The notes under the pieces are model-generated. The model saw only the letters and a program-made list of their open reading frames with translations, had not been told where the DNA came from and made no database searches. Source: an uncultured cyanobacterium (GTDB taxonomy: Bacteria > Cyanobacteriota > Vampirovibrionia > Vampirovibrionales > JAGQHJ01). Taken from it: DNA of 64,000 bases. Below, piece by piece: positions 29,040 to 38,306 of the stretch (positions within the stretch are counted from its first letter, which is position 1; every line of letters begins with the position of its first letter). Both the position numbers and the translations under genes were made by a program. The stretch lies in NCBI GenBank assembly GCA_937922745.1, contig CALAJO010000005.1:1991-65990 (forward strand). The letters run 5' to 3'.

Positions 29040-30071
29040 TCAGCCCGCCAGGATTTCAGCAAAGCGCTGCACATCCACATTGCCTCCGGAAAGCACCACG
29101 GCAACTATTTGACCTGAAGCCTTGATTTTTCCGGATAACACGGCGGCCAACGCCACAGCCCCACCCGGTTCCACCACCAGCTTCAGATGCTCGAAAGCAA
29201 ACCGCATGGCGGCTTTCACCTCGTCATCGGTCACGGCCAGGCCGCCATGGAGATGGTGGGCGTTAATCTGAAAAGTTAACCGGCCGGGCTCCGGCATCAT
29301 CAAGGCATCGCACATGGTTGTTGCGCCGGGTGCGTTTCGCTGGCGCTGTTTGGCTTGCAGCGACCGCGCCGTATCATCAAACCCCTCCGGTTCCACGGAA
29401 TAAATTTCCGTTTCGGGGCTCATGGCCTTAATGGCCAGTGCGCATCCGGCAATCAGGCCGCCGCCGCTGCATGGGGCGAGCAGCTTATCCAGTTTAATGT
29501 GTCTTGCATTGGCTTCTCTGTAAATTTCCATCCCCACGGTGCCTTGCCCGGCAATGGTGTACGGATGATCATAGGGGGGCAGCAAGGTGGCCCCGGATTC
29601 CTCCGCCAGGGCTTGCGCAATGGCTTCGCGGGATTCCGCTTGTCGATCGTACAGAACGACGGATGCGCCATAAGATTGAGTCTTCTCAATCTTAATTCTC
29701 GGGGCGTCGGACGGCATGACAATGGTTGCCGGAATATCGAACAATTGGGCGGCATAGGCCACGGCCTGTGCATGGTTACCGGAAGAGTAGGCTAATACGC
29801 CTCGCTGGCGGGTCTGGCGATCCAATTGGCTAATGAAATTGTACGCCCCGCGAAACTTAAACGAACCCGTCTTTTGCAAAACTTCCGGCTTCAGCAGGAT
29901 ATGCCCGCCGGTGATTTCATCCAGGCGCTCTGAGACCAGCAAGGGGGTTTGGATAATATGCCCTTCCAGGCGCTTCTCCGCCCGCAGGATATCGTCAAAG
30001 CTGGGCAGTGTCTCCGCTTCAATAAGATTCGACCCGGATGGTTTCATACTCTCCCCCGTACTTTTGCTCAT
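29040..30071 (-). CDS. catabolic-type threonine/serine dehydratase (fold-type II PLP enzyme, no ACT domain)
   Basis: PLP-lysine motif SFKFRGA and a Gly-rich loop. 343 aa without a regulatory C-terminal domain. Confidence 0.8.
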   Translation of the reverse strand: MSKSTGESMKPSGSNLIEAETLPSFDDILRAEKRLEGHIIQTPLLVSERLDEITGGHILLKPEVLQKTGSFKFRGAYNFISQLDRQTRQRGVLAYSSGNHAQAVAYAAQLFDIPATIVMPSDAPRIKIEKTQSYGASVVLYDRQAESREAIAQALAEESGATLLPPYDHPYTIAGQGTVGMEIYREANARHIKLDKLLAPCSGGGLIAGCALAIKAMSPETEIYSVEPEGFDDTARSLQAKQRQRNAPGATTMCDALMMPEPGRLTFQINAHHLHGGLAVTDDEVKAAMRFAFEHLKLVVEPGGAVALAAVLSGKIKASGQIVAVVLSGGNVDVQRFAEILAG

Positions 30072-31164
30072 ACATCACCCGCCGCTCGGCATTCTCATCA
30101 TCGTAGAAAAAGGAGAGCAGGGCAAAGCGTTTTCCTTGCGTCACGTCTGTCGCCTCATGCATCAACGAGCAGGAGAAGATGATGGCGCTGCCGGTTTCCG
30201 CCTGATACAGGTGCGGGCCATATTCAGGGAAGCGCAGGTAGCCGCCTTCGTATTCGCCTACGTTCAGGTTCAGCGTCATTGCAAACTGCCGATGGGCGGT
30301 TCCGCCGGAGGTGTTATCCCGGTGCTTGCGAAAATATCCACCGCGCGATCCGTCATAGCAGGCTATCTTGTAATCCTCCCTCCGGGAAAGTTCGACTTGA
30401 AACGCTTTCTGTACTTCCGGGAAAACCCGTCGCTTCATCAGCCGATCCAGCCGCACCTTCATATCACCTTCCTGGATGAAGTGATCCCGGCGGATTTTGA
30501 AGCTGTAATCGTAAACGCCGATGGTTTTATCCCCATCCGGGCGCATAAAGCCGGAGTCCTCGTTCCCCTCCGTTTCCCAAATGCGGATGAGTTCCTGGCA
30601 CATGGCCTGCGGCAACACGTTGGGAATAATAACAATGGGCGCGTGGGTATAATGCCGGATGATTTTGGTTTCAACAGGCGGGAAATAGGCTGCCAGATCC
30701 GCTGCGATTTCCGACTGGAAATCCTGCAAGTCCAGTAAGCGATAGATATTCAGGACGCGCAGATTTTCATCCAGCAAAAAGGCGCATCGCGCGTAGGTCA
30801 GGGTCGATTTTGACTGATCAGGGCTGGAAACGCCGCATACCCCGTAGCGCAGGCTGCATTCCTGATCCAGATCCGATAGAAGCGGATAGGGAATGTTATG
30901 GTGCAAGGCAAACTCGGCCCGTGCTTCGGGTGCATCCAGGCTAATCCCGTATGGATGGATATCATACTGCTGCCAAAGGGGCTTTAAATCGCGCATCAGG
31001 CAGGCCACTTCCTCGCAGGCCGGCAACGCATCCTTGGCGTAAAAGAAAAGCAATAACCGTGAGCCTGCTTTATCCCGCAACACCGTGGCTTTTCCGGTCT
31101 GGTCAGGCAGGTTGAACAGCGGGGCCGTATCGCCAACGGCAACAGTGCGGGTTGCAAATACCAT
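30019..31164 (-). CDS. fusion of AhpC/TSA (Bcp-like redoxin) N-terminal domain with a prolyl-4-hydroxylase-like 2OG-Fe(II) oxygenase
   Basis: N-terminal FFYAKDALPACEE aligns to the Bcp FYPKDxTPGCT motif, with Thr replaced by Leu. C-terminal HxD...H triad (KHRDNT...LMHEAT) plus Arg in a double-stranded beta-helix context. 3' end overlaps the dehydratase start by 53 nt. Confidence 0.7.
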   Translation of the reverse strand: MVFATRTVAVGDTAPLFNLPDQTGKATVLRDKAGSRLLLFFYAKDALPACEEVACLMRDLKPLWQQYDIHPYGISLDAPEARAEFALHHNIPYPLLSDLDQECSLRYGVCGVSSPDQSKSTLTYARCAFLLDENLRVLNIYRLLDLQDFQSEIAADLAAYFPPVETKIIRHYTHAPIVIIPNVLPQAMCQELIRIWETEGNEDSGFMRPDGDKTIGVYDYSFKIRRDHFIQEGDMKVRLDRLMKRRVFPEVQKAFQVELSRREDYKIACYDGSRGGYFRKHRDNTSGGTAHRQFAMTLNLNVGEYEGGYLRFPEYGPHLYQAETGSAIIFSCSLMHEATDVTQGKRFALLSFFYDDENAERRVMYEQKYGGEYETIRVESY

Positions 31165-31317
31165 CTTGATTCACCCTGTCTACTCCATTCCCTTCATCAT
31201 AGCAAACCTGCAAACATCGGCTTATCCAATATGGAAACGATTTTGAGAACGAACCCGCGGGATTGCGAAAACCCGTATTAAGATGAGAACAAGTGCTGTT
31301 TTGCAAGGGCGAAAACC

Positions 31318-33885
31318 ATGCCGCAGACCCATCCTTCATTGCAAGAAATATATCATCATATCCTGTTAGGTCGGGTGGACTTGGCGCGGCAACAATGCGA
31401 AGCCCTGATCAGTCAAAGCCAGGACCTGGAAGAAGCGCACACATTGCTTGGCCTGATTGACGCGGAGAGCAACCAGCCTGAAAAAGCCGCTGAGAATTTA
31501 TTGCGCGCATTGCTGGCGTCCTCGCAGACGCCGGAGTCCCTCAAGCAAATCGGGCTGACCTGCTTACGACAGAAGAAACCAGGTTTGGCAATCGCTTTTT
31601 TCGAGAAAACCCTGCGCAGCAACCCTCGCCAGCCGGACGTATGGATATGGCTGGGCCAAGCGCACACGATGCAAGGCACGATCGAGCGGGCGCAGCAAAG
31701 CTTTGCCCAAGCCATCCAGTTTGCCCCCAACCATCCGGATGGCTATTCGCAACTGGCGCTGATTTTCCAAAAAACCGGCAAGCTGCAGGAAGCGTTAGCC
31801 CTGTATGAAAAGGGGTTGCCATTGGCGCCACGCAACGCGGATATCCTTTGCAACTATGCCCTGGCACTTCACCAGGCCGGGCAGGTAGACAAGGCCGAGG
31901 CCGTTTGCCGTGACGCCCTTCGCATCAACCCGAGCAGCCTGGAAGCGTATCTGAACCTGGGGGTTATATTGGCGAGCCGACGGCAGTTTGATGACGCCCA
32001 CCAGGCTTTTGCCGAAGCGATTAAAATGAACCCGACTCACCCGCAGGCCATGCTCAGCATGGGGAACATCCTGCTGGAAAAGCAGCAGTACCGGGACGCG
32101 CTGGGCTGGTACGAAAAACTGCTGCCGGTTATTCCAAACAACCCCGACCTGATGATCAACATGGGCATGGCCTGTAAGCATCTCGGGGAAATGGACAGGG
32201 CGGAGGCATGTTTCCGGAAAGCCATCTCGCTCAATCCCCAGAAATCGGAAGCCTATTATAACCTGGGCCTTTTGTATCGCCTCAAGGACGACTTTGGGCA
32301 GGCGTTTAAGATGTATCAACTGGCTGTCAAGCACAATCCCCGGCACGCGGCATCCTGGAATAACCTGGGATTGATTTACAGCGATCAGATACTGGATATT
32401 GCCGAAGCCCACCGCTGTTACCAGAAGGCCATCGAAGCCAATCCCCAACTGCCGGAAGCCTTCAACAACCTGGCGGACTCCCTGTTAAACCTCAACCGGC
32501 CCGAAGAAGCCCTCACTGCGTATCAGCGATCTCTCGCCCTGAAACCCCGGGATGAGATTCGGGTGAAGGAAGCGGTTGCCATTCCCCGGTTTTACCAAAC
32601 AGTGGAGGAAATCCAGCATTGGCGCAACCGGGCTATGGACTCGGTCAAAGCCTTACGGCAGGAAAAGCTGAATTTGACCAATCCGGTGGATATTGGCGCG
32701 CCCACGTTTTTCTGGGCCTACCACGGCCTGGGCAACTACGAAATCCAGCATGAGCTGGGACAATTGTTCGCTGACAACATCCCCCTGCACAGCGTGGTTC
32801 ATCCGCGCAATAAGACGCCTCGAATCGGCTTTATTTCCCGGTATTTTATGCCCACGCACACCATTGCAAAGGTCTTTTTCGGTTTAATTGAGCAGTTGGC
32901 CCGTCAGCAATTCGATATCGTGGTGTTTAACATCGGGCATACCCAACCGCTACCGATTAACGCTCCCTTCCAGCAGGTGAACCTGGGCGTGAGCAGCCTG
33001 GAAAAAGCCATGGAAGCAGTTGAAAACGCACAATTGGATCTCCTTTGCTACACGGATTTGGGCATGGATCCGCTGACCTATTTTCTGTCCTTCCACCGGC
33101 TGGCCCGGGTGCAGTGTGTAACCTGGGGACACCCGGAAACATCCGGCAGCCCCAACGTGGATTACTACATTTCCACTCGGCTGTTTGAGACGGAAGCCAG
33201 CCCCAAAGCGTATACGGAAACCCTGATCCGGATGGATACCGTGCCCACGTATTACCCCCGGCCGGAACCCATCCAGGAACGTTTGACGGCAGAGGACTTC
33301 GGCTACCGCAGCCAGGATCGCCTTTATTTATGCCCGCAGTCCTTGTTTAAATTCCATCCGGATTTCGATGATATCCTGGGGAATTTGCTGCGGGCAGACC
33401 CGCAAGGGCAGTTGGTCCTGGCCAATGCCGCGTATAAAATCTGGACACCTATGCTGGAGAACCGACTGAAAACCAAGCTCCCGGATGTGGCCGATCGGAT
33501 CCGCATCCTGGACAATATGCCTTACGATCGCTTTTTGAATCTGCTTAATATTGCCCACGTCATGATTGATACGCTTCACTTTGGTGGCGGCAGCACCACT
33601 TATGAGGCCCTCTCGCTGGGAACGCCGATTGTCACTCTGCCCACCCAATTCCTTCGCGGACGGATGGCGTATGGGCTGTATCAGAAAATCGGAGTGACGG
33701 ACGCCATTGCCGACACCGCCGACGCCTATGTGGAAAAGGCCGTCGCAATCGCCACCCAGCCGGATTACCGCCAGGAACTGTCCGAACGAATCAAGGCCAA
33801 CCATGACGTGCTGTACTCCGAGCAAGCCGCCGTGGACGAAATGGCTCGCCTGTTTATGGAGCTGATTGAACGCCACACCGAATAA
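31318..33885 (+). CDS. TPR-repeat glycosyltransferase family 41 protein (OGT-like)
   Basis: Ten or more TPR units in the N-terminal half. The C-terminal half has GT41 signatures (IGFISRYFMPTH..., VTWGHPETSG..., LYLCPQSLFKFHPDFD). Confidence 0.8.
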   Translation: MPQTHPSLQEIYHHILLGRVDLARQQCEALISQSQDLEEAHTLLGLIDAESNQPEKAAENLLRALLASSQTPESLKQIGLTCLRQKKPGLAIAFFEKTLRSNPRQPDVWIWLGQAHTMQGTIERAQQSFAQAIQFAPNHPDGYSQLALIFQKTGKLQEALALYEKGLPLAPRNADILCNYALALHQAGQVDKAEAVCRDALRINPSSLEAYLNLGVILASRRQFDDAHQAFAEAIKMNPTHPQAMLSMGNILLEKQQYRDALGWYEKLLPVIPNNPDLMINMGMACKHLGEMDRAEACFRKAISLNPQKSEAYYNLGLLYRLKDDFGQAFKMYQLAVKHNPRHAASWNNLGLIYSDQILDIAEAHRCYQKAIEANPQLPEAFNNLADSLLNLNRPEEALTAYQRSLALKPRDEIRVKEAVAIPRFYQTVEEIQHWRNRAMDSVKALRQEKLNLTNPVDIGAPTFFWAYHGLGNYEIQHELGQLFADNIPLHSVVHPRNKTPRIGFISRYFMPTHTIAKVFFGLIEQLARQQFDIVVFNIGHTQPLPINAPFQQVNLGVSSLEKAMEAVENAQLDLLCYTDLGMDPLTYFLSFHRLARVQCVTWGHPETSGSPNVDYYISTRLFETEASPKAYTETLIRMDTVPTYYPRPEPIQERLTAEDFGYRSQDRLYLCPQSLFKFHPDFDDILGNLLRADPQGQLVLANAAYKIWTPMLENRLKTKLPDVADRIRILDNMPYDRFLNLLNIAHVMIDTLHFGGGSTTYEALSLGTPIVTLPTQFLRGRMAYGLYQKIGVTDAIADTADAYVEKAVAIATQPDYRQELSERIKANHDVLYSEQAAVDEMARLFMELIERHTE

Positions 33886-33949
33886 TCCCTTTATATAGGG
33901 GATTTTGAATTTTTCCGCTTGGATACAATGAGGGGATGGAGTGATTTGC

Positions 33950-34780
33950 ATGAGCATTAGTATTATCAAGCGCAGTGTCAAAAGCCTGACCGATCCCAGG
34001 GAGCTTTATCTGGATCTGATGAAACGCTGCCTGCTGAACCTGATCTACCTGGACGAAACCAATATGCTGAACGACAACGGCTATGTTTTAGACGAGGCCA
34101 CCGGGAAATACGTGTTCGTTAAAGGGGTGCCGTTTACCATGGAGCAAAAGCTCACCGGGCAAATGTGGCCTTCCAAGGCGCACACCATGATCGGCATCCA
34201 TCGCCTGGATAACCTCCAGGAATGCGTCAAGCACGTTATCGAAAACCACGTGCCCGGCGATCTCGTTGAAACCGGGGTTTGGCGCGGTGGCGCAACCATC
34301 CTCATGCGGGCCATTCTACAGGCTTATGGCGACACAACCCGAAAAGTATGGGCCGCCGACTCGTTTGAGGGATTGCCCGAGACCGACCTGGAGCGATACC
34401 CGGTTGATCAAAAGCATGGCGTCCTCAACAAGGTCAACATCCTTGCCGTATCGCTGGAAGAAGTGCAATCCAACTTTGCCCGTTACGGCCTGCTGGATGA
34501 TCAGGTCCGGTTTCTCAAGGGGTGGTTTAAGGATACGCTGCCCCATGCGCCAATCGACCGGATTGCCGTTTTGCGCCTGGACGGCGATTATTATGAGTCC
34601 ACCATGGATGCCCTGAAAGCCCTTTACCACAAGGTTTCAAAAGGCGGCTTCGTCATTGTGGACGATTACAAGCTGGAAGGTTGCCATACGGCCATTAACG
34701 ACTTTCGCAAAGCGAACAATATCTTCGAGCCCATGCAGGCCATCGATTCCGATGCGGTTTTCTGGCAAAAGGCCGGTTAA
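33950..34780 (+). CDS. TylF/MycF-family (macrocin-type) O-methyltransferase
   Basis: PGDLVETGVWRGGA SAM motif and metal-binding LRLDGDYYEST. RBS AGGGGATGGAG upstream of ATG 33950. Confidence 0.75.
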   Translation: MSISIIKRSVKSLTDPRELYLDLMKRCLLNLIYLDETNMLNDNGYVLDEATGKYVFVKGVPFTMEQKLTGQMWPSKAHTMIGIHRLDNLQECVKHVIENHVPGDLVETGVWRGGATILMRAILQAYGDTTRKVWAADSFEGLPETDLERYPVDQKHGVLNKVNILAVSLEEVQSNFARYGLLDDQVRFLKGWFKDTLPHAPIDRIAVLRLDGDYYESTMDALKALYHKVSKGGFVIVDDYKLEGCHTAINDFRKANNIFEPMQAIDSDAVFWQKAG

Positions 34781-35112
34781 GCGGAAACCGGCGTATACCA
34801 GTTAAACGACTTGGCCCAATCCTTGACCGCTTCGCGGTTGGATTCCTGCATCGTTTTGGTCGCCTCAAGCATGGCGCGCTCTTTTTCCAGCTCCAGCACA
34901 AGGCCTTTCTCATACGTCACCAGGTTTTGCTTGATGGTATCCAGCAAAGACGATTCCACAGTGCCGGGCATCACATTGGTTGCCTGTACCGCGATTCGGC
35001 CGGCCGCGGCCTGTACCTGAAGTAAATTTTCCTGTAGCTGAGAGATCTTTTGCGTTGAATTCGATCGACGTGCTGTATACAGCATGTCAAAGCCCACCGC
35101 ACTTCCACCCAT
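34777..35112 (-). CDS. small helical hypothetical protein
   Basis: ATG preceded by GGAGG at 5 nt. No family recognised. Confidence 0.4.
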   Translation of the reverse strand: MGGSAVGFDMLYTARRSNSTQKISQLQENLLQVQAAAGRIAVQATNVMPGTVESSLLDTIKQNLVTYEKGLVLELEKERAMLEATKTMQESNREAVKDWAKSFNWYTPVSA

Positions 35113-35241
35113 AGAAGCCTCCACACACTAAAAATTCAAATTAACCCAACACTGTTATAAAACCGCGCAACTGCAAACTTGTTGACAGCCTTTATAAATT
35201 CATCAGATTTGGGTGGAGGATTTCCATCCTTCAGGCTTTGG

Positions 35242-35511
35242 TTACATCAAGCCCTTCACGAAATTCTTGATCTTCTGGCGGCGGGTGATTTTTTGCCCGG
35301 TAAACGGGTTAAGCCCTTTTTGCGTCGCATTATGATAGTAATCCATGTTATGGAAACCTACTTTTTGCTCATATTTTTTGACCATAGGGCCACTGGCACC
35401 GCTAATGCCGTTAGGATTTTGCTGCTTGTCACGCCCGAACAGCTTAAAGGCCGAAGCGTCCTGCGGAATGAGCATCATTCCCACCAGGAATAAGGGCAAT
35501 AACCGTTTCAT
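35242..35511 (-). CDS. small secreted hypothetical protein
   Basis: Strong RBS AAAGGAGGAG and a clear signal peptide (MKRLLPLFLVGMMLIPQDASA). Confidence 0.5.
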   Translation of the reverse strand: MKRLLPLFLVGMMLIPQDASAFKLFGRDKQQNPNGISGASGPMVKKYEQKVGFHNMDYYHNATQKGLNPFTGQKITRRQKIKNFVKGLM

Positions 35512-35684
35512 CTCTATACTCCTCCTTTAGCCGTTATCCTTATTGTGCCGACAGATCCCCCCAGGGCGCATCCTGAGTATGGTGTATCCTCGCCTCAAAT
35601 CCGCCGTTAAGGCCGGTTTACCTCAAATTGATAATGGCTGAAGGCTGTGGTATGGTTTTGCTACCGATAGGTTCAGGTTCCTCC

Positions 35685-36665
35685 ATGACAAAGTTGATCA
35701 TTCAAATCCCGTGCTATAACGAGGAAAAAACGCTTGGGACGACATTAATGGCCTTGCCGCGAAGTGTTCCCGGTGTGGATGTTGTGGAATGGCTCATAAT
35801 TAACGATGGCAGCTCGGATCGGACGATAGAAACCGCCCTGGAATATGGCGTCGATCATATTGTTGACCTGAAGTTTAACCAGGGCTTGGCCAAGGCGTTT
35901 ATGGCCGGCGTGGATGCCTGCCTGAAAAATGGCGCCGATATCATTGTGAATACCGATGCGGATAACCAGTATTTCGCCGGGGATATTCCCAAGCTCATCC
36001 AGCCGATTCTGGATGGGCAAGCCCAAATTGTGATCGGCTCCCGGCCCATCAGCCAGATTGCGCATTTTTCGCCGCTCAAGAAATTGTTGCAGAAAGTGGG
36101 CAGCAGCGTCGTCCGGCTCGCCAGCAATACGGAAATCGAGGACGCCCCCAGCGGGTTCCGCGCCATGAGTCGGGATGCCGCGATGCGCCTCAACGTGTTC
36201 GATGATTATACCTATACATTGGAAACCATTATTCAGGCCGGGCAAAAGGGGATGGCCATCATGTCCGTGCCCATCCGCACCAACCCGGATTTACGACCAT
36301 CCCGCCTGGTGAAAAGTATTTTTTCCTACGTCCGCCGGTCGATGACGACCATTATGCACATCTACCTCACTTATAAGCCCCGCCGATTATTTAACGTCTT
36401 AGGTACAATACCCTTTACAATGGGTGTATTACTTGGCGTTCGCTGGCTGGCGCTATATTTTGGCGGCACGACGCGCTCCCATGTGCCCTCGCTGGTGCTG
36501 GCCGCCATCCTGATCCTGATGGGCGTCCAGCTCTGGATCTTTAGCCTGGCTGCGTACCTGACGGAAGTGAACCGCAAGATCCTGGAAGACATCCAACTGC
36601 GGCTGCGTAAGCAGGACTATGACAAGGCACTGGCTTCTGAAAAGCAAGCCCTATGGGTCGACTGA
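35685..36665 (+). CDS. GT2-family polyprenyl-phosphate sugar synthase (DPM1/GtrB/ArnC-like) with C-terminal TM anchor
   Basis: IQIPCYNEE...INDGSSD...NTDADNQY (DxD) and two C-terminal TM helices. Confidence 0.8.
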   Translation: MTKLIIQIPCYNEEKTLGTTLMALPRSVPGVDVVEWLIINDGSSDRTIETALEYGVDHIVDLKFNQGLAKAFMAGVDACLKNGADIIVNTDADNQYFAGDIPKLIQPILDGQAQIVIGSRPISQIAHFSPLKKLLQKVGSSVVRLASNTEIEDAPSGFRAMSRDAAMRLNVFDDYTYTLETIIQAGQKGMAIMSVPIRTNPDLRPSRLVKSIFSYVRRSMTTIMHIYLTYKPRRLFNVLGTIPFTMGVLLGVRWLALYFGGTTRSHVPSLVLAAILILMGVQLWIFSLAAYLTEVNRKILEDIQLRLRKQDYDKALASEKQALWVD

Positions 36666-38305
36666 GCGGCATGTCCACCTTGGCCGGCAGTACGATAACC
36701 ACTCCGGATCAGTCGCTTCGGCACATCCTGGCCTCTGAAGCCCTGGCCCAAATTCCAAAAATCCTGACCTTGCAAGATCGTAATCCGCACAGCCCAACCT
36801 ATGGCTGCTTCGATCGAAACTTCTGGCATTACAAAATCATCGATTTCCCCAGCGGGATGGCCCAGGAGTTTGTATGGCCACTGGCCTTGGCTTACGCTCT
36901 GGATTGTCCGGATAACCGCTTTTACCAGGCACCCCGGATTAAGGAGTGGGTTGAGGCCGGGATTCGGTTTGCCGCCCGCTCCGCCCACTTTGATGGATCG
37001 TGCGATGACTACTTCCCGTTCGAAAAAGCGGCGGGGGCTGCGGCATTCTCGCTGCTCGCCTGTATGGAAGCCTATCGCCTGCTGAGCCTGGATGCGCCGG
37101 ATCTGCTGGATTTCTTTGCCCGCCGTTCGGATTGGCTGGCCGATCACCAGGAGAGCGGCAGGCTCTCCAACCACCAGGCGCTTATTGCCCTATGCCTTCA
37201 TGTGGCGGGTCAATTGCTGTCCACTACACGCTGGGACGACGCAAAAGCCCGGCGGATTGCACAAGTCTTATCCTGGCAAAGCGAGGAGGGCTGGTTCCAG
37301 GAATATGAGGGCTGCGATCCCGGCTACCATACATTGACGATATCCTGCCTGGCCCGGTTGTACCAATCCCAGCCCTCGCCGGAGCTGCAATCGGCACTCA
37401 CTAAAGCGGTTCGGCTTGCTACCCTGTTTATGCACCCGGATGGCAGTTATGGCGGCGAATATACCAGTCGGAATACGTATAACTACTTCCCCCATGGGTT
37501 TGAACTGGTGGGCCGGTGGCTGCCGGAAGCATTGGCCCTGAATACACATTTCCTCAAGGGATTAGCCAATGGCCGTGGGGCTTGCTATGCCGATGATCAC
37601 ATACTGGGCCATCACGCCTGGAACTATCTGCTGGCCTGGCAGGATTACCAAGCCGACCGGCCCAGTGATAACAGTTTGCCCCAAGGCCGCTTTCATCTGA
37701 AGGAAGCCGGATTGCTGATCGACCGGCAGGAAGGGTGTGCGTTGTTTTTGGCGCTTAACAAGGGCGGGGCGTTCAAGTTCTTTAAAAATGGCCAACTGGT
37801 GGCGTCCGATACGCAGTTTTCCTTTCAAGTTCGGCAGGGCGGCAAGTTAAGGAACGCCGTCGCGCACCTGGTGGATCGATACGCGGTTGATATTGCCGAT
37901 GACGTGTTCACGATTCAAGGGCAGTTCGGCTGGGCCAAGCAAAAGCAGATGACGCCCCTTAACCTGATGATCCTGCGTGTGGTGATGCTGACACTAGGCC
38001 GGTTCAATCCGGACTTGATCCGCCGGTTGCTTCAGAAGATGCTGATTACCGGCAAGCAATCCGCCCCGTTTGGCTTCGTTCGTCAAATAACGCTTCGTGA
38101 TGATCAGCTTGTGGTTCGGGACACCCTGACCGCTGAAAATTGGGATACGGTTGAATCCGCCGCCATCGGTTGCGATCAGACCTCCATTTATGTCGTGATG
38201 AGCCGGACGTTCCAGCAAGGGCAGCTTCAGCCGTGGGTTGATCTGACGGCACAAGTCAGACAGCTTCGCCAAGGGGAGCCGTTGGTTGTCGAGCGGGCTT
38301 ACTAG
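36653..38305 (+). CDS. hypothetical protein, (alpha/alpha)-toroid-like (heparinase II/III- or six-hairpin-glycosidase-like)
   Basis: Repeated aromatic/Gly hairpin motifs (SEEGWFQEYEG, HPDGSYGGEY). Start overlaps the GT2 stop. The fold call is inferred from sequence alone and is weak. Confidence 0.45.
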   Translation: MGRLSGMSTLAGSTITTPDQSLRHILASEALAQIPKILTLQDRNPHSPTYGCFDRNFWHYKIIDFPSGMAQEFVWPLALAYALDCPDNRFYQAPRIKEWVEAGIRFAARSAHFDGSCDDYFPFEKAAGAAAFSLLACMEAYRLLSLDAPDLLDFFARRSDWLADHQESGRLSNHQALIALCLHVAGQLLSTTRWDDAKARRIAQVLSWQSEEGWFQEYEGCDPGYHTLTISCLARLYQSQPSPELQSALTKAVRLATLFMHPDGSYGGEYTSRNTYNYFPHGFELVGRWLPEALALNTHFLKGLANGRGACYADDHILGHHAWNYLLAWQDYQADRPSDNSLPQGRFHLKEAGLLIDRQEGCALFLALNKGGAFKFFKNGQLVASDTQFSFQVRQGGKLRNAVAHLVDRYAVDIADDVFTIQGQFGWAKQKQMTPLNLMILRVVMLTLGRFNPDLIRRLLQKMLITGKQSAPFGFVRQITLRDDQLVVRDTLTAENWDTVESAAIGCDQTSIYVVMSRTFQQGQLQPWVDLTAQVRQLRQGEPLVVERAY

Positions 38306-38306
38306 G

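Noticed and set aside
29833-30738. 301-aa plus-strand ORF antisense to the dehydratase/oxygenase genes
   Set aside because: It overlaps two supported minus-strand genes and has no motifs.
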